Part shown: piece by piece, positions 34,679-46,423 of the stretch
Layout: every line of letters starts with the position of its first letter
How positions within the stretch are numbered: the first letter of the stretch is position 1
Assembly: GCF_009914755.1 (NCBI RefSeq)
Contig: NC_060935.1
Direction: 5' to 3' (one strand)
DNA: 64,000 nucleotides
DNA from: the human T2T-CHM13v2.0 reference genome, Homo sapiens
Position numbers and translations under genes: made by a program
Notes under the pieces: generated by a model
What the model was told of the DNA's origin: nothing
The model's database searches: none
Seen by the model: the letters and a program-made list of their open reading frames with translations, nothing else

Positions 34679-37366
34679 ATTGGCTCCAGGGCTGGCCTGA
34701 CGCTGCTACTCCAAATTCTAGAGCCATCCTCATCCTGGAAGCAAGGGGGTGAGGGTGTATAAAATAAATAGATTAAATTAAAATTCATCTAGTATTTCTT
34801 CTAAAAACTGGTGAGATGACAGTTTCCCAATTTATAGACTGCCAGGAAGCCGGGGCTTAGAGAGCTCTGTTTTTTTCAAAGTCTACTCGGCTAGCCACAG
34901 ATGGAGATGAGACTGGACCTCAGACAGCCTGGCCAAGGGCCTGTCCCCACTGCACTTCTTCCATGTCCCCTGGCTAGTCTTCAGTAGGGTCCCCAAAGGT
35001 CTTTTTGCCTGGGGGCCTGGGGAGGGGGTGCATGACTTCTCTTCTTCTCCTGAGTGCCAGGTTTCCCCAGACCCCACATCCTTCCCCACTGCCCTGCATT
35101 CCAGGACCAGGAGGGCTGGGGCAGGGCCAGAAGATGGAGAGGAGCCCTCAGCATTGTGAGATGCTCAGGGGTGAAGGGTGTCCCTGAAAGTCCCTGCAAG
35201 CTCTTGATGTGCTTGACCTCATAGCCTGGCCTCCCTCTGCCTTTGGGCTTCTGTCTAAAAGACCCTCACATTCCTGAGAGCCACAGGAAAGCACCTTCCT
35301 CAGTAGAATGTCCAACTGCTCTAGTGAGGGGCCTCCTGCAGGGGTGGACAATTGCTGAGGTCGATGTAGGGGAACAGGGGGAGGCCCCCAGCCTGCCCCA
35401 ACTCACCACTCAGTCAGGGAGGCCCTGACTTCTGCCTGTGTGCCTCCCTCTGCTGTCCGCCAGTGCGCCTCCGTGCCTTTGTCTCTTGTCTCACTGCCTC
35501 TTTCTCTGCCTCAGTCAGGCTCTCTCTCGGATTCCTCCTCCTCCTGAGCCCGTTCCTCTCCTCCTCTCCATTCTCATCAGAGAGGAACACTCATCCCTCT
35601 CTTCCAGAAACAATGGAGCACCATGCTCCTGTCCGCTCAGCCTTTCGGTTGGTGCATCCTCTTCCCCATCTCACACTCCCAGCTCCTGGCCGGCCTCATC
35701 ACCCTGTGCTCCACACCTAGGAAAAGTATATCTGACTTGGTCCCCTTATCCCCGAGAAACCACTAAGAGAACCTTCAGGTCTCCCCAGAAGCCGAAGCTG
35801 AGGAACTGGGCTTGCCCCAGGGCATCCTCCTGTGAAGCTCCTTGGTCTCCGCCACGGGCTCCAATCCTGTTGCTGGAGCTTATCTCCTCAGTGATTTACC
35901 TGCCCCCTGCTTCTGGTGGAACAGTGAGTAACTGCCCAACCAGAAACCTACACACACATATTCAACACAGCGCCTGCAAGCTTCCAGCTCACCTGGACCT
36001 GGAGTGATCCCCAAGCATCCTGGGGTCAGGCACAGAAACAGGAACAGCGAGCTCCTGGCTCCAGTGCTGAATGGGGCACAGATGCATTAACTCTCCCAGT
36101 CCCATTAACCTTAGCAAGTATTTCTGCTTCCATGAAAAGGGGAAGAGGGAAAATGTCTCTAAGCTCTGGAACCTTTGGCAGTGCTGGGCATGGACTGGGC
36201 AGAGTGAGAAGTCTGTCTGAAGACCCTGGGAAAGGGTCTTCACCCCATGGGAAGAAAGGGAAGGCTTGATGTTTGGTCCAGTAAGGCCATTAATGGTCAC
36301 CAACTGAGCAGACTCTGGGAGGAAATGTCTCAGTCTCTGCAGTGGCTACCAGCAGAGGTAGGGCGACATAAGCACAGAAGACAAATCTTAGAAAACCCTA
36401 GAACAACAGTCCTGTGCAGCCACATGCCCCACAGCCCTAGTAACTTAGGGAGTGATGTGCCTCCCATTTCCACACAAACACATCCAGGCATTGCACAGTG
36501 CTAGGCCCTACGACATCCGTACCCCAACATTTTCAACAGTGCGTGCTACACAGCCCAAGCTCTAGGCCCCATTGGGCACCCCACCTATGCAGGTGCCCAT
36601 GCACTGGGCTAGCAACTGTCAGTAAAGGTCCCCTTCCTGTATGTCCAGAGTCCTTCAGCTCCAGCTTCTACAAGAATCCATGCAGCTAGGCCTGGCTGGG
36701 GGAGGAAGGGGACAGGGAAGTTGGCCAAGGCTCCCATGTGTGTGCATGTGGGGGTGGTTCTTGACCTTAGCTGCTTGGTACGGGGCTGTCACCTCCTTAC
36801 CCTGGCACTGTCGGACCTGGTGGCTTCCTTCTCTATTTCCTGCCTCAACTCTCAGCCTCCTTTTTCTGGAAGTTGTGTGCTCTGACTTTGGAGGGATTGG
36901 GACCTCAGACCTGAGCCCAGGTGCAGATGGGAGGGTGGTGAACTGGTCGCGCCTCCTTCCTCCTTGCTACACCGAAGGTCCCAAGGGCCCTTTGCCACCC
37001 TTGCTACCCCTGGGTCCCTCAGCGCGCCCCGCAGAGCTCGGGTCCCCTCAAGAGAGTTAACTTGGCAGTGCCCAGGAGCCAGAGAGCGATCCAGAGAGCG
37101 CTGTTGGGCAGCAGGGGTGGGGAGGTGGGGGACGACTGACCCCTGACTCCTCATCCGGCCACCAGAAACCACCTGCTGAGGGGGCCGGGAACTGACGACT
37201 GAGAGCCCGGGCCGATTGTTAGAAGCTGCTGAGAACCAGCTCTTCCCCTAATCCCGGTCGACGAGGGCAGGCTGTGCCGGGTTTTGTTTCGCAGCCCCTC
37301 GGCAGCAGCGCCTCCCAGCCCGAGCTCGGTTCTCGGCCCCCTTTCCAGCTGCCCCCAGCGCGCGCA

Positions 37367-37369
<3 letters not shown>

Positions 37370-37402
<33 letters not shown>
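37370..37402. repeat. (CA)16 microsatellite
   Basis: Direct read of the sequence. Confidence 0.98.
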
Positions 37403-37404
<2 letters not shown>

Positions 37405-37503
37405 CAGCGCGCGCCCGGGAGGACATGGCGTGGGCACCGATGGGGACGCAGAAAGGGGCTCTGTGCGCGGCGGGGCGCCCGCGGGGGCGCGGGGAGCACT
37501 GAC

Positions 37504-37940
37504 CTGCGGCGACGAGTCCGGAGCGTCTCCGGTGCGGTCCATCGCGGGCAACGGCCCCTACGCCCCGGCCCCGGCGCCCCTAGACCGCTGCCCTGGGCCG
37601 CGTGCGGCTCCCTCCCCGGGGACTGTCGGGCTCCGGGCCCCCGGGGGCCACTTCATAGCCGCGGGGTCCGCGCGCCCGCCCGCCCCGCCCGGCCCCGCCG
37701 CCCCGGCCCGGCTCGTTCTGGGCTCAGCGAGGCGGCGGCCGAAGGCTGGGAGCGCGCGGGAGGGAGGGCGCGGGCAGGGAGGCGGGGGGCGGGGGGCGGG
37801 GAGGGGGAGCGGGGAGGGGGGAGGTGGAGCGGGGAGGGGGAGCGGGGAGCGGGCGCGGGGGCGAGAGGGGCGAGGGGGGCGCGCGGCCGGAGCCGAGCCG
37901 ACCGGGCCGGCGCAGAGTCCCCGAGGTGGCGGCGGATGCG
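37504..37940 (-). other. B3GAT1: B3GAT1 non-coding exon 1 (TSS approximate)
   Basis: Strong minus-strand donor GCAG|gtcagt at 37504/37503 inside the CpG island, just downstream of the GC-box cluster. Confidence 0.78.
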
Positions 37941-40184
37941 CCGGTGCCGCCGCGGCTCTGCCGGCGCCTCCCGCCCCGCCCCCACCCGCTCTCCGCCCCC
38001 GCCCCGCCCCCGCCCCGAGCCCGCGCCAGCGCCGGCGGGACCCGAGCTGCTAATGGTCGGTACCAACCTCGCCAGCCTAGGCGGGGGCGCGAGGAGGGAG
38101 GCCGGCGAGGGGACCCCCCCCCGGGATTGGTATCACCTCCCCACCGCCCCCCACCCTCCCCCGGCACCGTCCCCCGCGGAGGCGGCTCCCGCTTCAGGCG
38201 GCGGAGCAGGGGTGGCGGGCAGGGGCCGAGCGCACCCCCAGATCTCGGCTCTCGAGAGTTAAAGCTCGGCCCCCGCCTGCACCCCCATTCCACCCCGCCT
38301 CCATCCTGGCTGCTCCTGGCGCCCAGCTTGGCAGCCTCTCTCAAAGGGTGATTGTTTCCGGCCGGGCTGCTGCAGGAGGGCGGGGGGCGGCGCTCTGGGA
38401 CCGAGAGGCCGAGCTGGGAAGCCGGTGGGGGATGCGGCTCCTTCCTTGGCTCCAGGCACCCCGGATGGGAGGTGGCCGGTGGGGGCGGACGGTGCCGTGC
38501 CGGGGTACGGGGTCTGCTGCCCCGTGGAAGGGCACCTCGAGCCGCCGCGCGTCAGCCTCACCCCAGCCTCCCCTTCCGGGCCGGTGCACCCGGCGTTCCG
38601 GAGAGAGGCCCGGGAGGCCTGCGTGGGCGGACGGGCGCGGGGAGGCCGGGGGCAGCGGGATCTCCAGGAGTTTCCCGGGCCTCTGCCGCGGTGTGTTGGT
38701 CGGCGGGGGACGGAGGCCAGTGAGTGGGCGCGCACTTGGACGTATGTGGGTGCACTGGTAGGGTGCCTCTGTGGAGCTGTATATTCCAGATACTCCTTCA
38801 GCTTGTCGGAGACTTTGAAGCCATCCTTGCACTCGTTTTAGAGGTTGGCATCTCCCGGTGCTCTTGGACACCTGTATTCGGGCCACACCCGCTGTGTCCT
38901 CTTCACAGCCCCAGGAGAAGGCCACCTCCCATGGCGGGGTTCGCGGCGGGACCAGGGACTGTCGGTACTTTCTCTAGGGTCTCCCTCCTTCCCGGGAAAC
39001 CAGTTCCAGCCCCACTGCTAGGCACTGCTTAACCAGAGCTGTGCCCCCGTGCTATGGGCTGGGGCTGAGGACCACGGGCCTCTTTTCCATCAGCTTTCCT
39101 GCCCTGTTAGGACCAAGCCGGGCCCTGCTCTTCCCACTGAGGATGTGCAGGTGGGGAGGGGGCAGAGACTCCAGAATCAGCCCCTTTGGTCAAGATTTTG
39201 AGGGGAGGAAGGCACCTCACCGTCCGTATCATGCCACAGACATGTGAAAGTGTCCTTAGTGACTATCTCTAGGGATAACTGCTCCTCCTTGTCGTGCGCT
39301 CTTTCATTGTTGTGCTTAACAGCCCCCTTTGCCGGCAAGAAACTTCCTCTGAATCTAACCTCAGTACCTCCTGCTGCGGTACAGGAGCATTTCCCCCTTC
39401 TCTTAATGAGTGGAATCCCAGCCAGCCTTGCTCCGCCTTCTTCTGCCCCTACTACAACCCTCTCTTTTAGACTCTGCTAAGAGACCTTTCCTAAGTCGGT
39501 GTTCTCTGGTATTTTCCTAGTCTCCATACTCTGCTTCTCCTTAGACTCCACACCAGCTGAAGGGAGGGGAAGGGCAGGTGCAGAAGCAGGATGGGCGGGG
39601 GTACCAGAGAGCACCAAGGAGGGGCCAGGCCGTCCAGGAGGGCACATTGCCTCCCTCCTCTGCTAAGCCAGCCAGCCGCAGTCACACAATCACCAAATGG
39701 GAGGACAGAAATGACCGTGAAGACTGTCTCGTTCCAGACCCTCATTTTACCAACAGGGAAACACACCCATGAGGGGTGATCTCAAGAGAGCTCAGGGACA
39801 TGGCGACGAGGAGGCCTGGGTTTCAGGCCGATTCTGAAGGCACTAGCAAAAGACTTCCCCTCAGGGCTGGTTTCAGTAATGAAACAGAGGGTTGGACTAA
39901 GTGGGCTGTGGTCCGACTTGTCCTGCTGGGCTGTGGCTCGGAGATGCTGTCTGCAGGGGTTCTCGGCTTTACCTCAGCATTCTGGCAGGAACAATTGTGA
40001 TAATAAAGCCGCTTTCAAGGGACCTGTCTTGCATCTTAGTTCCAGGCTCTGTTTACAGAATTTTTAGTATTAATTTTTAGAGCCAATTTAAAACAATAAT
40101 AGGAGATTAAAATTAGCATGATAAGGCTCAGTGAAGAGACAACAGCCTGCCATTCGTTTTGGTGGGAAGTTTTGGCAACATCCC

Positions 40185-40380
40185 AAGTGTATGGACACAC
40201 ACAAATGTACTGACATCTACGCAGGCACAAAACATGCTCATAGAGGCAGCTACACATGCAGATTCACCCACATGAACACACACACACACTCTGAAATACA
40301 TCATGTGCACATGTAAACGCTTGCACACGGATGTACCTGAAGCACCTGCACCCACACAGACACACGTGTACACACACCAT
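40185..40380. repeat. CA-rich low-complexity tract
   Basis: acacacacaaatgtac...cacatgcagattcacccacatgaacacacacacac... Confidence 0.75.
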
Positions 40381-42049
40381 CCCCCGGGTCAGCCACACTC
40401 CCACCCCTGTCTTCCTGCTTGGCCTCTGCAGGACTGTGGAAATCCTTCCCTCCCATGTCTGGACTTGGTGCATCCTCACAGCTTGACCCTTGCTCCAAAC
40501 ATCTGGAGCACCTCTAAGGTCTCCCTGAATGATTGATCTTCCCCTCCCCCTGCCTTCCCTGCCAGTAGTGAGCCCCTCTTCTCAGAGGCCCCCAAAGCCT
40601 AGCACCAGCATGTTTAGTATGCAAAGCCCGGGTTTGTCCTCTGGGACAAACCGTTATGTGTTTATTGTGTAGTTAAGCAGGACGGGAGCCCTGCCCCCGC
40701 TCTGATCCTGGCCCACTTCCCATAATCTGAATCCCAGAAGAGTCCTGTAAAACCGTCATCTGCAATGCAAAACCTGCAAAACATCTGGGATGGTCTGTAG
40801 GTTTTCTCCAAATCACCTGTGCCCTAATTTAATATGAATAACAATTAGTTTACTCTTATCAGTTAATTGTTCCCCTCGTGGGTTCTGTCTGCCCTGGCCT
40901 CTCTTTCAGCAGGAGTTTTGGTCTGCTCCAGACTCCTAATGATACTGCCTTTTCAGCCGTGCCGTCCTTCTTAGCTACCACCCAAGAGAGGCAACGCAGC
41001 TGCGCTGCTTGCCGCCCTGGCCTGTGGGGCCCAGGCCCTCACCCCACCCGTCTTAGCCAGTCTGATTGTTGGGGGCCATCCAATCTCCCCTTGCCTTCAC
41101 CAGGAATCTATAGCAGTGATTTTGCTGATGTGAGTGGAAAGGTCCCAGTGGGATTCTTCAGTGAGGAATCCCACCCCACAAGGTGCCCGTCCTCTCCCGT
41201 CATTGCCCTGGCAAGGGTGACAGCACATGCACATGCATGGGCACACCCAGATGCTGCCAGAGAGCAGGGGGAGTGAGAGGAGGAAGAGCTGCCCTCTGCC
41301 TCGGCAGGCAGGGTGAGCTCCCCAGGGACCCAGCCATGCTATCAGGCGTGTCTGAACTGTTCCCACAGTGGCTCCTGGACGGATGTGTGTGGATGTGCTG
41401 TTTTGGGTGGTGGAGTTCATGGCCCAGATACAGAAAGAGGAGGAGACCTTTTAACTCTTCCCTTTCATTAGGTTTCTGGTCTGAGCTTTGGATCTTGAAC
41501 ACCCTTGTTTGTCCATAAAAAATTGAAAATGGTCATGTGGTCAACAGGTTTCCCTCTGCCCTCCTCTCTTCTCAGAAGCCAGGCCGGCATCTTTCCTGAG
41601 CTGGTGCAAAAAGGCTGACTCCTGCTTCTCTCCAGTCTCTGCCTCCAGGGAAAGGGTGCAGTTACATGGCTTTAGAACACTTCAGTCATGTCATTTTGTT
41701 TTGCCTTCTTTCCTCTGTGGCTGAGGGAGGGATGAGAGGTGATAGGAGCAGAGCCCTCAGACTTAGGGGAGCATCTCTGAGGCTAACCTGGGACCGTTCT
41801 TTGTCCTCTTGCAGAAGTGAAAATAACCCAGATTGCCTTTTGACCTCCCCACTATCCCCTAACTACTCTGCAGAGCCCACACCTCCAAAGTCTCACTGAA
41901 GCCTTTCCCAACCTGAGCTCTGTGGCTTGTGCTGTCTCCTATAGCCCTCCCGACCCTCAGGCACCTCTGGCAGTGAACTGCTCTTCCCCTCAGTCCCATA
42001 GCACTTTATCCGGACACATCTGGAGGCTCTTACCCATCTGTGCATGCTT

Positions 42050-42680
42050 TCCTGTGTTCAGCTAATATTTACTGAGCTCCAGTCATATGCCAGGCACTGT
42101 GCTGGGCACCAGAGACATGCAGTAAACAACAGCAATTAGGAGTGTTAACTTCAATTAGGCCATTTATATGTATGCACCAGGTTAGGTTCCAAGTCTTCAT
42201 GCACGTTAGCTAATTTCATATGTAAGGTGTTATTTACAAGGTACTGTTTGTGACAAGTTTCGATTATAGTTTCCATTTATAGGTCAGGAATCTGGGGCGT
42301 AGTATTTAGGTAATTTAATTAAGGTCACATGCCTAGTAAGTGACATAGCCAGCATTTGAGGCAGGCAGCCTAGTTCCAGGACTCAGGCTCATCGTCAGAG
42401 CACAACTCAGGGATTATATGCTAGTGGTCCATAGATGGGCAAATGCACAGAACAAACAGAGGTGGAGGAGATACAGGAAGGGAAGAAATAGGGTCAAGAG
42501 CTGGAGAGAGTCCTGGGAGGGTAGGATCAGGGAGAGGCTCTTTGAAGAGGCCATGTTTGAGCCAAAACCCGGGGGAATATTGGCCCAGCAAGGAGGACAG
42601 CGATAGGCGACCTGAGGGGTTTGCGGGAGGCTTGGTGTGCTTGAGGAACACGTGCAGCAGGTGAGGCTGGAGAGTGGAGA
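42050..42680 (-). mobile_element. L2 fragments with an intervening MIR
   Basis: atatttactgagctcc...tgccaggcactgtgctgggcacc (L2); ttccatttataggtcaggaatctg...aaggtcacatgcctagtaagtg (MIR); gatcagggagaggctctttgaagagg...tttgagc (L2). Confidence 0.65.
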
Positions 42681-43121
42681 GAGAGGAGAGAGCCATGGGG
42701 AGCGGAAAGGACACTCTCTGCTTGGAGTTTGAGGATTCATGTGCGTGAGTGACCTCCTGCACTAGCGTCTTCCAGAGAGTGGCTGTTCAATAAATATGAT
42801 GGATGGAGTCGTCTAATTTCCTGCCCAAACTCCCCTCCGTGGCTTGGGTGATGGGCAGACATCCTAGACCTTTGGGTATTAGTAGAGCATCTGCAGAAAG
42901 GACTCCTTACCCTTTCCTTTTGGGATTTGGAAGAAAGAAAAAAGGTGCTAGGAGTCCTGCCACATGGATGTGCTGATTCCATTTATTCATTCATCAAAAT
43001 TCTGAGCAGCTCCGATGGCCAGGAATTTTGATAGGTGTGGGAAAGACAGAAATGAAGGGCCAGCTCCTGCTTATGGTCCCATGGTTTTCTCCAGCCTGAG
43101 GTTTCAGTGTTTCGCTTCTAG

Positions 43122-43204
43122 TGTCTGCCCTTCCCCATGTGCCTACCACGGATTCTTCTGTCTACTGTCTGCCCTTCCCCATGTGCCTACCACGGATTTT
43201 TCTG
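43122..43204. repeat. 44-bp tandem duplication
   Basis: tgtctgcccttccccatgtgcctaccacggatt(c/t)ttctg at 43122 and 43166. Confidence 0.92.
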
Positions 43205-44346
43205 CAGGGGAGAAGAGCCGGGCAGAAGGCTGAGCTGTTGAGAAGCCACACTGAGACCTGGGCAGGGGCTGCTGCAAATGTCAAAAACTGGGAGAGGCAG
43301 AGGGGTCTCCTGTGGGCAGCAGCCTTCAGAACCTTTTTGTGATCACCCAAGGGGTTGGGGTACAGCGACTTTTTGGATGGAAGAGGAAGAGAAGACCATA
43401 ACACTTGTTGGTGAATTCAGACTTACAACAGTGGTTTTTGTTCAGGCATATTCTGAAAGAAAGGCTGCATACTGAAAGGTTTGAGAAGCGTAATTCAACA
43501 TATTGGAAGATCTCGCTCCTCCATTTCAAGATGACTCAGGCCGGTGACTTTCTTTCTGTTCCCCTGGAGCCAACAGGGTGGCAAAGTTGGGAAGAAAGAC
43601 ACTTGGAATTACTGGACATTGATGTCCTTTGCCCAACCTGCATGTGGTCTGAACTATGTGTTATGCCAGATAGGAAAAGAGATAACTCACATCAAATACT
43701 TCCTGGCAGATTCCTGGCTGATTGTGGGAAGCTGGCGGGACTGAAGAACGTTTCCCTGTTGGCTTTATGAGACAAGAAAGAGTCTGGCAGGATTTCTGGG
43801 AAGTGAGAGAGAGGAAATATGGACCCGTGAATAGAAAGCATGTTGAGTGTTAGGGACAAAGCTCCTCCCTCCTTAGATATTGAGAAAACATGATGGAGCT
43901 AGGCCACTGGAAACCCTGGGTACTGCTCTCATCAAAACATGAAACGGTTGGTCCTTCACTGAGATCCCAAAGATCGAAGTCCTGGGCCTACTGCCCAGAC
44001 AATTAGCTCCCAAGCCTCTGTGGCTGCACCCATGCCTGGAGCTGGAAAAACTGCTTTTTATCTGATTACGACTTCCTGGCTGAAAACACTCAGGGGCTCT
44101 GTAGGGAACTGGTGATCTGTCCTCCCATAGCCTAGTGATAGATTAAGGGTCTAGGGAGTTAGGGAGAGCTTTAATAGGGCCCCCTGGGTTTGAGCACACA
44201 TCTGACAGTTGTAATCCTCCAGCTATGTTTTCTGCAAACGGATGGTCATTTTGGGCTTTCTGGTCTCTAATCCTTCATTCAGCAAAGCAAACACCCTAAA
44301 TCCTCAATAATGTAGGTTTTACAGTCTCATATATACATATCCATGT

Positions 44347-44367
44347 TTCAGCACCGAGGCCAGCTCC
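44347..44367 (+). promoter_or_regulatory. Candidate RE1/NRSE (REST-binding site)
   Basis: TTCAGCACCGAGGCCAGCTCC versus consensus TTCAGCACCnnGGACAGCGCC: perfect left half, canonical spacing, 2 right-half mismatches. Confidence 0.6.
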
Positions 44368-44793
44368 ACTCATGCGCGGCATATGTTCCCGCATCTGGAT
44401 GTAAGCAGTATCAGGACTCTGGAAGCCGAACTTGGGTTTGGCAGGAAGGCATCGCATTGTGGAAGCCAGGTGACATCCACACGGAGCCCTTTTTCCAGGC
44501 ATTGTCATTGTGTTTCTTTGAAAGAGGCAGGACCTTCTTTAAAGTGACAGCTAGATAAGGCATGTGAGTGGAAACTGTACTATTTGGGGAAGGACTGGAG
44601 AAGGTTAAGAGGACTCATGTTCCCAAGGAGGGGGCTGAGCTGGATCTGGGATGGCAAATCAGTTTTATCCTGGATGCAGATTTCAGTAAACTAGTTGTAG
44701 CTGGGTGAAATGTACTGAAGCTACATCTGTGGTAAGGAGCACAGGGCACCATGACCAATTAGTGATGTCTGCCTTGAGTGGGTGGCAGGGTAA

Positions 44794-44794
<1 letters not shown>

Positions 44795-44877
<83 letters not shown>
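44795..44877. repeat. Compound (CA)21(GA)20 microsatellite
   Basis: Direct read of the sequence. Confidence 0.98.
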
Positions 44878-44878
<1 letters not shown>

Positions 44879-46140
44879 AGGGGGGCCATTTCTGGTTGCT
44901 AGGTGATATTTAAGATCCTTTTAACTTGTCATATTATATGTCTGTAAAAATCAATAGTTCTATATGTTCTCATCTTTCAGTTCCTCCATTTTTTGTTTGC
45001 TCACTTAACCACCATTTACTGGGTGCCGCTAGATGCTGGTTACTGGGCAGTACTTCTTACTTACCCTCGATGAGCTTACGGTCTAATAGGGAGAAGGGAC
45101 AATGGAAGAGTTACAATGCAGGGGGATAAAGACAGTGTTCTATGGGGCTGATGGCAAGTTCCTGGTGTAGAGAAGGTATGATGGAGTCCTGGTTCCTGGT
45201 CTTCAAATCAAGGTGCAGTTGTCTTTGTGTGATGGTGGCCCAACTGGCAGAACTGAAAGCCGATTTCCATGAGTTAGTTCTGTTGTGCAGTGAGGAGGTC
45301 CCCGGCTCCAGGCCACCAGTTGTTTGATAAACCTATGCAAGGCTTTGTTAAGTGACATTTGCCTGTTGACGTAGCTGGGACAATCACACAGTCCTCTCCT
45401 AGGCCTGGCCTGGTGTGGCCAGCCACAGACCACCTGGAGATGTCCACACTTGCTAGATAGGAAGGCCCAGCAGAGCCTCAGTGTGAAACCACCTTGAGAG
45501 CTGCAGTGTTGTTTTGCCAGGGAACTGGAATGTCCACATTCTAGACTAAGGATTAGGGGCAGGATGGGAGTGTCCTGGCAGTGAAAGCACCTGGGAAGAC
45601 CACTAGAGATGCTTCTGGAAACCTAGTGTGGGTGACTTCTAGGAGTCTCCAGGACAACCCACTTCTAATGACCTATAAAACCACCATTATTATTGTAAAT
45701 CTCAGCAGATTGATTTGTGATAAACCAGGCTTGAGAAACCTTAGGCAGTGGGAAAGTAGATATTTTAACTTTACAACTGGACATATTGAGGATCCCGGAG
45801 GAACGAAAGTGGCCAGGCCACATCTTAGGGCCTAGCCCTCCAGCTCCTTCCTCCACAGGCCTAGAGAGCCAGGACATGACAGCATCAGGGGGCCTCCCAA
45901 GGCTGACACTGAAACCCCATCCATTCATGCCAGTGGTGAATGGTGAATCTCTCTGCCTCTTTTGAAGATCTCACAATTAAACAGGCAGAGGAATGTATTT
46001 CATAAAATATGCATACTGTTTGCTTTGTACAAAAGCATTTTAATGTCTTTTAGCTCGTAGCCAAGATGAGCAATAGGAGGAACAATCTTTCACTGCACAT
46101 GAAAATCAGTCACCAGGCAGTGGTGCCTTTGTGGAGGGAT

Positions 46141-46423
46141 GCCTGTCATCACCGCCATCATCCCCACCACCATCCTCACCGCCGTCATTCTTACTTGCCT
46201 GTCATCACCGCCATCATCCCCACCACCATCCTCACCGCCGTCATTCTTACTTGCCTGTCATCACCGCCATCATCCCCACCACCATCCTCACCGCCGTCAT
46301 TCTTACTTGCCTGTCATCACCGCCATCATCCCCACCACCATCCTCACCGCCGCCGTCATTCTTACTTGCCTGTCATCACCGCCATCATCCCCACCACCAT
46401 CCTCACTGCCGTCATTCTTACTT
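46141..46423. repeat. 56-bp minisatellite, 5 copies
   Basis: gcctgtcatcaccgccatcatccccaccaccatcctcaccgccgtcattcttactt at 46141, 46197, 46253, 46309 (+3 nt) and 46368. Confidence 0.98.

Larger units (their letters stand above)
37200..38760. promoter_or_regulatory. CpG island / B3GAT1 promoter with GC boxes
   Basis: Very high GC and CpG content; tandem CCCCGCCC Sp/KLF boxes at ~37970-38015; ATTGG (CCAAT on the minus strand) at 38126-38130; no TATA box seen. Confidence 0.9.

Noticed and set aside
33405-34788. Repetitive ORFs and a CRISPR-like look of the 41-bp array (also the 70-, 58- and 56-bp arrays)
   Set aside because: Head-to-tail repeats with no unique spacers, no cas genes and a human context; the ORFs are translations of the VNTRs.
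37219-38925. Many 100-260-aa Gly/Pro/Arg/Ala-rich ORFs on both strands
   Set aside because: Expected from a CpG island depleted of stop codons.
40631-40652. 9-bp stem GGTTTGTCC-tctg-GGACAAACC
   Set aside because: Within chance expectation or a remnant of an old repeat; no supporting context.
43590-44050. Possible ancient LTR-like segment
   Set aside because: I could not assign termini or a family by eye; it needs RepeatMasker/Dfam.
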